This document shows, one piece after another, positions 37,980 to 47,035 of a stretch of 64,000 nt of DNA. The notes below the pieces were generated by a model. That model made no database searches, was not told the DNA's origin, and saw nothing but the letters and a program-made list of their open reading frames with translations. Source of the stretch: a virus (taxonomy: Duplodnaviria > Caudoviricetes); the IMG/VR virus record IMGVR_UViG_3300014204_000140, positions 31,074 to 95,073 of that record. The stretch is one strand, 5' to 3'. The translations under genes and the position numbers were made by a program. How positions within the stretch are numbered: the first letter of the stretch is position 1; each line of letters opens with the position of its first letter.

Positions 37980-39241
37980 TGACAAATTATAAAACTAAAT
38001 CAGTATTAATATACGATCATGGTACATTTGTATCTGTAGCAGAAAGATTAGCAAAAGATTTTGGTAAAGTTTATTATTATTCTCCTTGGAAGAGTTCATT
38101 TCCTCAAAAGAAATTTACTTTAATAGGAGATGGAATAAAAGGAGTAGAAAGAGTTAATAACTACTTTGATTATATTAATGATGTAGATTTATTTGTATTT
38201 CCAGATCTTATAGATGGAGATTTACAACTTCATTTAGAAAGTTTAGGATGTAAAGTATGGGGTAGTAGAAAAGGTGAAGAATTAGAACTCGAAAGAGTTG
38301 CAATGAAAAAACTAATTGTAAAATTAGGATTACCTTTAGGTCATTATGAAGTAGTTAAAGGTGTTGAAAATCTTAGAACCTATCTTAAAGAACATAAGAA
38401 TATATGGATTAAAGTTGATTGTTTTCGAGGAGACTTTGAAACTGTAAAATCTATTAATTATGAATATATATCTCCAAAGATAGATGAAATTGAAGCTAAT
38501 TTAGGAGCATTTAAAAATCATGTTGAATTTATATGTGAAGATGATTTACCAAATAGAGTAGAATTAGCTTATGATGGATATACTGTAGATGGACAGTACC
38601 CTACTAAGACTCTTTGTGGAATAGAAATAAAAGATTTAGGATATATTGGAGTTTGTAAAGATTATAAAAATCTCCCAGATCCTGTTAAAGAATTTAATAC
38701 TAAAATATCTCCAATATTAAAGAAATATAATTATAGAAATTTCTTTCATCCTGAAATGAGAATTGGTAAAGATAAATTAGGATATGTAATAGATCCCGCA
38801 GCTAGATTTGGTTCTCCACCTAATGAAGTATATCAAGAATTATTTACTAATTTATCAGATATAATTTGGAATGGAGCACATGGAGTATGTATAGATCCTA
38901 TTCCTCAAGGTAAATATGCAGTAGAGGTATTAGTTCATTGTAACTGGGCTGAAAGAAATTGGTTACCTGTACAATTTCCAAGTAAGTATAAAGACAATAT
39001 AAAATTTAGAAATGTCACAGTTATTGATAATCAGTATTATATTGTACCTCAATATTTAGGATTACCAGAAATTGGAGCTATAGTAACTATGGATGATACT
39101 ATTCAAGGTGCTATGGATAAAGTTAATGAAATAGCAGATGAAATGAAAGGATATTACATAGATATTCCTTGTCAATCATTAGATAAAGCTACTGAGGAAA
39201 TAGAAAAGTTAAAGAGTTTCGGATATAATTTATTTGAATAA
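37979..39241 (+). CDS. ATP-grasp amine-carboxylate ligase, PurD/GARS-like fold
   Basis: VWGS..GEELELER..MKKL..KLGLP, IWIKVD, ELAYDG, IEIKD, IDPAARFGSPP (compare PurD E.N.RFGDPE). Confidence 0.7.
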   Translation: MTNYKTKSVLIYDHGTFVSVAERLAKDFGKVYYYSPWKSSFPQKKFTLIGDGIKGVERVNNYFDYINDVDLFVFPDLIDGDLQLHLESLGCKVWGSRKGEELELERVAMKKLIVKLGLPLGHYEVVKGVENLRTYLKEHKNIWIKVDCFRGDFETVKSINYEYISPKIDEIEANLGAFKNHVEFICEDDLPNRVELAYDGYTVDGQYPTKTLCGIEIKDLGYIGVCKDYKNLPDPVKEFNTKISPILKKYNYRNFFHPEMRIGKDKLGYVIDPAARFGSPPNEVYQELFTNLSDIIWNGAHGVCIDPIPQGKYAVEVLVHCNWAERNWLPVQFPSKYKDNIKFRNVTVIDNQYYIVPQYLGLPEIGAIVTMDDTIQGAMDKVNEIADEMKGYYIDIPCQSLDKATEEIEKLKSFGYNLFE

Positions 39242-39243
39242 TT

Positions 39244-42200
39244 ATGATAACTTGTCCAAATAAGGCATCGAAAGCATGGAAGTCATTGAATTCTTTAGTT
39301 CCAGATTTATCTCATCATATATGGAATAAGTTAGAAGGTGATATATCTGATAATGGAAAACCTACGGAAGATATAGATAGATTTAATCAATTATTAGAAG
39401 AGAATGATAATGATTATAAACAAACTTATTTAGATTTTTTAGGATTAAGTGAACCTGCTTTAAGAGAGACTTTAACTAAAGAAGATATAATAGGAGATAG
39501 TAAATCTGTTGAGAATCAATTACTATCTGAATCAGATAAAGCTTTATTAGAAGATCTGAATCAATTAGATAGAATATCAGAAGTTAGACGTAAAGCAATA
39601 ATAGCTACTGAATCTAAGTTAGAGTTACAAATTAGACGAAAAAAGGTAACTGAAGGTGAAGTTGAAAAAAGAGAAGAGTTTATAAAAAAATTAGAGACTC
39701 TTGAGGCTGAAGAAGCTATGATATTATTTACTAGACAAGCTACTGAAAGTACAAATAAAATCTATTATGAATGGTTAAAGGTCAAAAAAGAACTAAAAGC
39801 TATTTCAGATGGAACTTCAAATAAAACTAGACAAGAAGTATTAACTCCTGGTATGTTATATAATTGGAGAGATTTTCTATCTGCTTATGATTCTATTGAA
39901 GAATTTCAAGCTATTCTAATGGATGATGGAAGAATAGATAATATAATGACTATAGATAGTAAAGGTAAAAAAGTTAAATTAAGTAAAGTATTATCTGATA
40001 CTATTTCTAAAAAGAATGATATTAAAAAATTATATGATGTATTAGGATTAGAATTAACAGCTGAAAGTCTATCTCCATACTATAATAAAATATATAAAGA
40101 TTTTGAAATACAATTATCTAAGAAATACAAAACGTTAAATAATGAAGAAAAATCTAAAATATCTGAAGTTGATTATATAAGATCTCAAAAATATCTTAAA
40201 GAACAAGATTTAAAACAACAAACTAGATTACTAATTCGTAAAGAACTTCTTAAGGCTAATAAAGATATTAATTTAGCTGCAAGATGGACAGGAATTGTAT
40301 TAGATTCATCTGACCCGATTATTGCTGCTATGTCTAAAAGAATGATATTAGCTGAAATAGAAACTAATTCTGCTAAATTAAAATTTAGAGATGAAATAGT
40401 TCCTTTAATGGAAGAATTAGAGAAATTTCAGAAAGGCAAAAAAACTATGAAAGAAATGTATGATTTTATGTTAGAGAAAGATTCTAAAGGAGATTATACA
40501 GGAAATATTATAGGTAAATTTTCAAGTGATTTCTGGAATGAATATGAAATAGAAAGACAGAGATTAAGAACTGATGAAAAATTAGATTCTAAATTAAGAA
40601 AAAAAAGACTTAATGAATGGCTTAAAAATCATGCGAATGTTCATGATAAGAAATTTAATATAGCTAAATGGGAGTATATAGATTCTTTAAAAGAACAGGG
40701 AATATTAACTGATGAAGAATATACAGAGTTAGAATGGAATGAAACATCGTATGATCGAAAAGGTATTTATGATTTATATGAAGCTAATGTATTATCAAGA
40801 GAATCTTCTGATTTAATAGGAACTTGGATTAGTGAACATTATTGGGATTATGTAGATCCTATTACTGAAAATAAACAATGGAATGAACTTAGTAGAATAT
40901 TAAAAAATCCTAATGACCCAAGAAGTAAATTCTATGAGTTTATAAAAGAAAAAGAAGATGAAGCTAATTCATATCTTTCAGTTCAAATGAGATTAAGACA
41001 TGGAAAACTTCCTGCTATTACTAAAAAAGGTAAAGAAAGGTTTGAAGAAGGAGAATCTCCTGTTAAATTACTTAGCGAAACTATGAAAAGATGGTTTGAT
41101 GTTCTTCCAGATGATACTGAAAGAGGCAATGAACCTATTATAGATGAACAGGGTAATCTTAGATATTTTGTACCGATGTACTTTACCGGAGAACTTAAAA
41201 AGTATCAAGTAGTTGATGTTAAAGATAATAATAAGTTAATTAAAGAATTTGGTAGTAAAAAAGAAGCTGAAAATTATATATCAAAAATTAAAGAACCGAG
41301 TTATGAAATAAAAACTAGAAGAGCAATAGAAGATCAATCTTATGATTTATCTACTATGTATTTTAGATTTTATTCAGCTGCTGTAGATTATAATTCAAAG
41401 AATTCTATACTTCCAGAAATGGAAATGGCTAGGTACTTTGTAAATAATAGAGAAGTTACAAGAACAGATCCTAAAGGTAATCCTATTAAGAAATTATTTA
41501 GAGTAACTAAACAGGAAGGAACTGAATCTAAACCTGGTAAAGGTGGTAGATTAGCTGAACAATTAAATGATTGGTTTGAAATGGTCTTTTATGGAGTTAA
41601 AGAAAACAAAGAAGGATCATTTAAATTGTTTGGAATGAATGTTGATGTTGCTAAACTTGCTAATAGTTTAGGTAGGTTTACATCTCTTAATATACTAGCT
41701 TTAAACTTTAGAGCAGGTACGGCAAATGCTATTCTTGGAGAGGCTTTACAAGCTAGTGAAGCATTTGCAAAGCAACATATGACTTCTAAATCATATACTA
41801 AAGCAAATATATTTTATACTAATCATCTTCCTGGAATAATAGGTGATGTAGGTAAGATAAAGAAAGAAAGTATAATCAACCTATTATATGAAAATTTTAA
41901 TATTCCAACTGATCCTATAGATACTAATCTTAGAGATAATACTAGAATTAAAAAATTAGCTAGTTTTAGTTCATTATATTTCTTTATGCATGCTGGTGAT
42001 GATTATATGCAAACTAGATTATTCCTAGGAATGCTTGCAGAAAAGAAAGCTTATGATAAAGATGGTAAGTTATTAGGATCAATGTTAGATTTCTATAAGA
42101 AAAATAATAAAGGAGAATTAGAATTAGATTCTAAAGTTGATCTAACAAAGTCAGATTGGACTAAATCTGATCAAGATAATTTTTCATCAAAAGTTAAAGG

Positions 42201-42864
42201 GGTTATATCAGGAGTACATGGTGAGTATTCAGATTTAGGTAGGATGGCTATTCAAAAAATGTCAATCGGTAGATTAGCTATAATGTTTAGAAAATTTATA
42301 GTACCTGGATTAACTAAGAGATATAAAAAAATGTCTTATGTTGAAAGAGTTGGAGATTATAGTGAAGGATACTATCGTACAACTGGAAAATTTATATCAA
42401 ATTTAGCAAAAGAATTAAAGACATATCAATTTACAGTATTCGGAGAAGAATGGAATAAATTATCAGATATGGAGAAATCTAATATTAGAAGAACTGCATC
42501 TGAAGTTGGATTCTTAATATTAGCTTATGTAATGGCTACTGCTTTTATGAAATTAGGTGAAGATGATGATAAATGGGTGTATGATTTTGCTACATATCAA
42601 ATGTTAAGATTTAAGACAGAGTTATGGTTTTATATTAATCCAGCAGAAGCTCAAAAAATATTAAGATCTCCAGCTGCTACAATGTCACTATTTGAAAATA
42701 CAATGAAATTATTTCATCAAATAATGACTCCATTTGAAAGATACGATAGAGGAATATGGGACGAACATCTTAAATTAGAAAAGATATTTTGGGATTTTGT
42801 TCCTGCTGCTAGATCATTTTATCAAACTAAAGATATAAAATCTCAAATTAATTTTGTAAGATAA
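39244..42864 (+). CDS. Large virion cargo protein (last gene of the late arm)
   Basis: MITCPNK.S..W start, helical 1206 aa, IMFRKFIVPG..KRY...EGYYRT, and a C-terminal hydrophobic segment, as in crAss cargo proteins. Confidence 0.7.
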   Translation: MITCPNKASKAWKSLNSLVPDLSHHIWNKLEGDISDNGKPTEDIDRFNQLLEENDNDYKQTYLDFLGLSEPALRETLTKEDIIGDSKSVENQLLSESDKALLEDLNQLDRISEVRRKAIIATESKLELQIRRKKVTEGEVEKREEFIKKLETLEAEEAMILFTRQATESTNKIYYEWLKVKKELKAISDGTSNKTRQEVLTPGMLYNWRDFLSAYDSIEEFQAILMDDGRIDNIMTIDSKGKKVKLSKVLSDTISKKNDIKKLYDVLGLELTAESLSPYYNKIYKDFEIQLSKKYKTLNNEEKSKISEVDYIRSQKYLKEQDLKQQTRLLIRKELLKANKDINLAARWTGIVLDSSDPIIAAMSKRMILAEIETNSAKLKFRDEIVPLMEELEKFQKGKKTMKEMYDFMLEKDSKGDYTGNIIGKFSSDFWNEYEIERQRLRTDEKLDSKLRKKRLNEWLKNHANVHDKKFNIAKWEYIDSLKEQGILTDEEYTELEWNETSYDRKGIYDLYEANVLSRESSDLIGTWISEHYWDYVDPITENKQWNELSRILKNPNDPRSKFYEFIKEKEDEANSYLSVQMRLRHGKLPAITKKGKERFEEGESPVKLLSETMKRWFDVLPDDTERGNEPIIDEQGNLRYFVPMYFTGELKKYQVVDVKDNNKLIKEFGSKKEAENYISKIKEPSYEIKTRRAIEDQSYDLSTMYFRFYSAAVDYNSKNSILPEMEMARYFVNNREVTRTDPKGNPIKKLFRVTKQEGTESKPGKGGRLAEQLNDWFEMVFYGVKENKEGSFKLFGMNVDVAKLANSLGRFTSLNILALNFRAGTANAILGEALQASEAFAKQHMTSKSYTKANIFYTNHLPGIIGDVGKIKKESIINLLYENFNIPTDPIDTNLRDNTRIKKLASFSSLYFFMHAGDDYMQTRLFLGMLAEKKAYDKDGKLLGSMLDFYKKNNKGELELDSKVDLTKSDWTKSDQDNFSSKVKGVISGVHGEYSDLGRMAIQKMSIGRLAIMFRKFIVPGLTKRYKKMSYVERVGDYSEGYYRTTGKFISNLAKELKTYQFTVFGEEWNKLSDMEKSNIRRTASEVGFLILAYVMATAFMKLGEDDDKWVYDFATYQMLRFKTELWFYINPAEAQKILRSPAATMSLFENTMKLFHQIMTPFERYDRGIWDEHLKLEKIFWDFVPAARSFYQTKDIKSQINFVR

Positions 42865-42880
42865 TTATATTAATTATAGT

Positions 42881-42926
42881 AAAAAGCAAAAGGCTTAGAG
42901 TTTTTAATTCTAAGCCTTTTTTATTT
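42881..42926. terminator. Bidirectional Rho-independent terminator between the convergent arms
   Basis: AAAAGGCTTAGA / TCTAAGCCTTTT stem flanked by an A-tract and a T-tract. Confidence 0.9.
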
Positions 42927-42949
42927 AATCAACCTCTTAAATTGATATA

Positions 42950-43642
42950 TTAATTTTTACATACTTCTGAAAATACTTTTTCCATTACATCTTTATTCCA
43001 ATCAAATTCTTTATTTGATTCAGGTTTTTTAGTTTTTATATAGATATCAGTAATATCTTCAATTTCATCTTGTAAATTAAATCCTGCAACTATAGGTCTA
43101 GATGATGAAATAGTATCTTTAATTATAAGTTCTTTTTGTATTCCAGTTTTTTTAAGATCTATACTTATTGCTATAATATCCCTAATAATATGTCTAATCC
43201 TATCTATAGATTTATTTTTATAATTTTTAAGTTTGGTTACTAGTTCAGATATTTCAATATCATTATAGTATTTTTTAGGAATCATATTTTCTACTATACT
43301 TGTTAATATATCTTCATCATCAAAACTAAAATAGAATTCTTCTTCAATTCTACTAGGTCTATCTTTGATAAATGATGGAAGTTTATTGCTATCATTAACA
43401 GTATTAATAATTATTAAGTTATCTCTTTCTTTAGCTCCACTTAAAAATGATAAAGCATCAGTATTATAGTCTCTAAATGTTTTTTCCATTTCGTCAATGA
43501 TTAAAACTATAAGTCTATTTTTATCATTAATTCTAATTGTATCTATTAAATTAGAATAATCGGCATATTTAGTAACTAATATTGCTATAGCATCTCTTTT
43601 TTCACATATTTCTTCGGCTATCTGTCCAGCTAAGAATGTTTT
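42950..43642 (-). CDS. AAA ATPase, exon 2
   Basis: Reads KTFLAGQIAEE...LIVLIIDEMEK (Walker B)...INTVN...DRPSRI. Joined to exon 1 it restores the Walker A motif GDPGTG|KT (329 aa spliced). Confidence 0.85.
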   Translation of the reverse strand, partial: KTFLAGQIAEEICEKRDAIAILVTKYADYSNLIDTIRINDKNRLIVLIIDEMEKTFRDYNTDALSFLSGAKERDNLIIINTVNDSNKLPSFIKDRPSRIEEEFYFSFDDEDILTSIVENMIPKKYYNDIEISELVTKLKNYKNKSIDRIRHIIRDIIAISIDLKKTGIQKELIIKDTISSSRPIVAGFNLQDEIEDITDIYIKTKKPESNKEFDWNKDVMEKVFSEVCKN

Positions 43643-44759
43643 CGATTTTGTTATCGTTGAGGTTGTTATCTCAACTTCTAGTATTTCTTATTTATACTAG
43701 TCCAGCGTACATTTTCATCCATCTTTCGATTAGGATGTAGAGTACTCTTGGGAGAATTATATTTATTCATCTCCTACGCGTTACAGTGATTTAGATCCTT
43801 TCGTAATATCTAAATTTACCACGGTATTCACATCTCAGTGTTCACCGTTTTTACTCTATTATCATATTATATATTACTATATAACACGGCAAATTCTTTG
43901 TATTTATTATATTTTCTATCTAAATAAATACTAGCATCTTTATATAATTCTTCTAAAATAGTTAATGCTGTTTTTCCAGCATACCGTATGAAAATAGTAT
44001 TTTCGTTATGTCTTTTATCATGCATTAATTTATTTGTTTTCCATTTCATTAAATTAATAGTATTACTAATAAAATGATATGTTCCAATTAATATTATACA
44101 ACAATTTGTCTTTTTTAGACTAATGTGAGTACAACCGTCTCCATCAAAATATCCTCTTATAAAAGAAGTTATTAGATTTTTTGGTAATATATTAATTGGA
44201 AATTGTAATGTAAGAGATTTTTTAGAAGTACATCCATATTGAATAAGTATATTTTTTAAATGTTTATTAGAAATACTAACTCTACATCTAAAATAATCAC
44301 TTCTAATATTTCCTGACCATTGTAAAAAAGTTTTAAATTTTTTTAAATGATTTATATCACTAAGTTTTAAACTTAATTCTATATTATTTCTTTTATCGCT
44401 TACATATCCATCTGCAAATAAAAAACCTAACCAATAAGCTTTTTCTTCATTATCTATACTATCAAATATATGTTGATTAAATTTACATATATTTTGTTTA
44501 TTATTAACTATAATATTATTATTTTTTAAATAATTAGAAAATCTTGATTTATTAATTTTAAATATTTTTGAGAGATTAGTCAAACTATATTCTCCTGTTA
44601 TATATAAAAGTTTAGCTTTTTCAAATTTTTCTAAACTATTTTGATGCATTATTTTATTATATTTTTCTAGCTTATTCATGATAAGGTATATACTTATAAT
44701 ACCTTATACTTGCTATTAAATATAATGTTTCATTTTAATAGAAATATTTTAAATTATTT
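43643..44759 (-). mobile_element. Group I intron (1117 nt) in the AAA ATPase gene
   Basis: 5' exon ends in U (ACAGGU) and the intron ends in G (ACAAAAUCG). P1 GGU/AAA pairs with UUUGCC near 43890. S-like AAUGUACGCUGGAC and P9 hairpins are present, and removal restores the frame. Confidence 0.88.
43867..44679 (-). CDS. Intron-encoded LAGLIDADG homing endonuclease
   Basis: AYWLGFLFADG and FIRGYFDGDG motifs, YLDRKY end, N-terminal HTH. Confidence 0.92.
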   Translation of the reverse strand: MNKLEKYNKIMHQNSLEKFEKAKLLYITGEYSLTNLSKIFKINKSRFSNYLKNNNIIVNNKQNICKFNQHIFDSIDNEEKAYWLGFLFADGYVSDKRNNIELSLKLSDINHLKKFKTFLQWSGNIRSDYFRCRVSISNKHLKNILIQYGCTSKKSLTLQFPINILPKNLITSFIRGYFDGDGCTHISLKKTNCCIILIGTYHFISNTINLMKWKTNKLMHDKRHNENTIFIRYAGKTALTILEELYKDASIYLDRKYNKYKEFAVLYSNI

Positions 44760-45056
44760 ACCTGTTCCAGGATCTCCGTTAAATATTACACCAACTTTAT
44801 GTTTCATACCTAATGCTTCTCTAGCTTCACTTTTAGAACTACTAAAGAAATCATCAAAGAAATCTCTAACTTTTTTAAATATTCCTTGATTTAATTTAAT
44901 ACCATTCTTATAATCATTATTTTTAGTAAAATATAATTGTGGTGGATCATCAGAAATTACTAAATTATATACTCCTTTATCTAATTTTTCAATTAATCCG
45001 TTTGGAGTATCTCCTATCGGAGTATATTTTTCTACTTTACTATCTAATATAAACAT
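44760..45056 (-). CDS. AAA ATPase, exon 1
   Basis: Ends GVIFNGDPGTG, a Walker A motif cut by the intron. Confidence 0.85.
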
Positions 45057-45090
45057 ATGTTTTATTTGTTAAATTTGTAAATTATAATTT

Positions 45091-45197
45091 AGACTCTAGA
45101 TAGGATTCGAACCTATACGTGTAACTTTCTTGGGCTTTCACCAATGGCACACTATCCACTGCTTAATCTAACGTCTACCAATTCCGTCACTAGAGTC
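45091..45197 (-). ncRNA. tRNA-like RNA with non-canonical central region (possible pseudo-tRNA)
   Basis: GACTCTAG/CTAGAGTC acceptor stem, Leu-type D arm ACG-GAATTGGTAGA-CGT, and T arm ATAGG-TTCGAAT-CCTAT. There are 54 nt between the D and T arms, no canonical anticodon arm and no encoded CCA. Confidence 0.65.
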
Positions 45198-45302
45198 TTT
45201 AAAATAAAGCCTTACATTAAACGATCTATATAAAGTAATAGAATTATATTACTAAATATAGATCATTCAACTATGGGGCTAAAAATGGCCTTTAAATGGA
45301 TT

Positions 45303-46007
45303 TTAGAATCCGAACACATTGTTCCAATTATACCAGTTATTAGTACCTTTAATTTTATCTACTAATTTTTCTTTTTCAATTATTTCTTTCTGAGCTGCAA
45401 TTCTAGCATTCTTATCAAGAATAGCATTCCAGATACGTTTAATTAAATTAGTAGAAGTTAAGTTCTTAACTACTTTTTCAAGATCTTTAATACGTTGCTT
45501 TAAATCAATAATTTCTTGATTTCTACGTTCAGTTTCTTGTTCATCAGTTTTATCTTCTTTAACTTTCTTAAGTTCTTCTTTAAGATCTTTAATCTTTCTA
45601 TCATAATCAATCTTTAAATCAGTACGATAGTTTTCATAAGAATTTTCTAATTCTTTTTTAGATCTACTATGTGAAGATTTAAGATCTTCTAAATTAGAAG
45701 TTAAAGTTCTAATCTCTTTATCTTTATTATCAATCTCAGTTTTGTATTTTTTTCCGATTAATTCTTCTACATCTCCAAGATTACGAGTTTCAACTGAACT
45801 TATTACAAATTCCTTATCTCCTCGATAATTTTCTCTATTATATCCATTTATAACTTTTACTTCTTTCTGATCTTCTTTAATCTTATCTTCAAGATTCTTT
45901 TTATCAGCTTTCAATTCACCTTTTTCTTGTAATAACTGTGCATTCTGTTTTTCCAATGAAATGATTCTTTCAACTGATATTTCGTTAACGTTAACTTTCT
46001 GTTCCAT
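45303..46007 (-). CDS. Coiled-coil hypothetical protein
   Basis: K/E-rich heptad pattern, 234 aa. Confidence 0.7.
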   Translation of the reverse strand: MEQKVNVNEISVERIISLEKQNAQLLQEKGELKADKKNLEDKIKEDQKEVKVINGYNRENYRGDKEFVISSVETRNLGDVEELIGKKYKTEIDNKDKEIRTLTSNLEDLKSSHSRSKKELENSYENYRTDLKIDYDRKIKDLKEELKKVKEDKTDEQETERRNQEIIDLKQRIKDLEKVVKNLTSTNLIKRIWNAILDKNARIAAQKEIIEKEKLVDKIKGTNNWYNWNNVFGF

Positions 46008-46051
46008 TTGTTTTATTTGTTAAATTGTTATTAATTAGAATTTAAATTATA

Positions 46052-46513
46052 TTAATCATCAATTTCTTCGTAATCGTCTTCTTCAACCTTTGTATTTTTA
46101 TTATATAAATATTTATCAACATCTATATAATTAATCATACTTTCAATAATAATATCAAAATTATCTGCTTTCATAAGTTGTAAGCGAGATTTTATATCTT
46201 CTATTATTTCTCTTTTTATATTAAATGTATTTTTAATATTTAAAGATTCAAGAGTTTTAGTATTTAAAGAACTTTCTTCTACATTAATAGTAGAATAATA
46301 ATCATTAGTTAGTTTTACTAGTTGTTTAGTTACTTTATTTGATTCTATAGAAAGTTCTTTAATCTTATTATAAATTTCTTTATAATTATCATTTTTTTTT
46401 ATTAAATTAAGTCTTTCTTCAATCTTAGGTATAATATAATCTTTTTCAAGAATAGATATTAATCCATTTATTTGGTCTTTTGTTAAAAACTGAATTTCAT
46501 TATTATTACACAT
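46052..46513 (-). CDS. Hypothetical protein
   Basis: ORF in the operon, acidic tail. Confidence 0.6.
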   Translation of the reverse strand: MCNNNEIQFLTKDQINGLISILEKDYIIPKIEERLNLIKKNDNYKEIYNKIKELSIESNKVTKQLVKLTNDYYSTINVEESSLNTKTLESLNIKNTFNIKREIIEDIKSRLQLMKADNFDIIIESMINYIDVDKYLYNKNTKVEEDDYEEIDD

Positions 46514-46531
46514 TTTTGTAAAATTTAAGGT

Positions 46532-46951
46532 TTAACATTTCAAACTTTCTTCATTTATATTAAATCTTGGCCAATATTCTTTATCTTTAGATTGGTATAA
46601 TTTCTTACTAGTCTTAGACTGCCAATAGTTTAATATTTTTATAGTTTTATATAATATACTATAAAGATATGAAGTTTCATCTTCATTCCAAAAGTTTAAT
46701 ATTCTTTGTTTTGATTTATCTGATATCTTTGAATATTTACTTCTGATTATTTTTTTGTAGTCGTTTATTAATTCATCTGATATATATATTTCTACAATAT
46801 TATTATCATATTTTATGATAACTTTATCTTCATTACATATATAACAATTTGAAAAATTCTTTGTAATTATTTCGGTAAATTTGTAATCAAGATATAATAA
46901 TGGAAGTATAAAAATTGTAGTTTTACTTCTTTCATTATTAATTATATCCAT
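46532..46951 (-). CDS. Hypothetical protein
   Basis: KTTIFILPLL...KYSKIS..SKQRILNFW; ORF in the operon. Confidence 0.65.
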   Translation of the reverse strand: MDIINNERSKTTIFILPLLYLDYKFTEIITKNFSNCYICNEDKVIIKYDNNIVEIYISDELINDYKKIIRSKYSKISDKSKQRILNFWNEDETSYLYSILYKTIKILNYWQSKTSKKLYQSKDKEYWPRFNINEESLKC

Positions 46952-47035
46952 TTATTTATTTTTAGTTATCCATGAACTATACCATGATAGTAATATAAAT
47001 AGTATCAATCCTAGTAATATATTAGTTGTTATCAT
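46952..47035 (-). CDS. 27-aa single-TM peptide (not in track)
   Basis: MITTNILLGLILFILLSWYSSWITKNK; abuts or overlaps both neighbours. Confidence 0.45.
   Translation of the reverse strand: MITTNILLGLILFILLSWYSSWITKNK

Noticed and set aside
37979-39241. Calling the ATP-grasp gene purD
   Set aside because: Only fold-level similarity: it lacks the GxGGREH N-terminal motif, has RFGSPP instead of RFGDPE, and has no purine pathway context.
45091-45197. Assigning an amino acid or anticodon to the tRNA-like element
   Set aside because: No 5-bp stem with a 7-nt loop is in register after the D arm; the Leu-like and His-like hints conflict.
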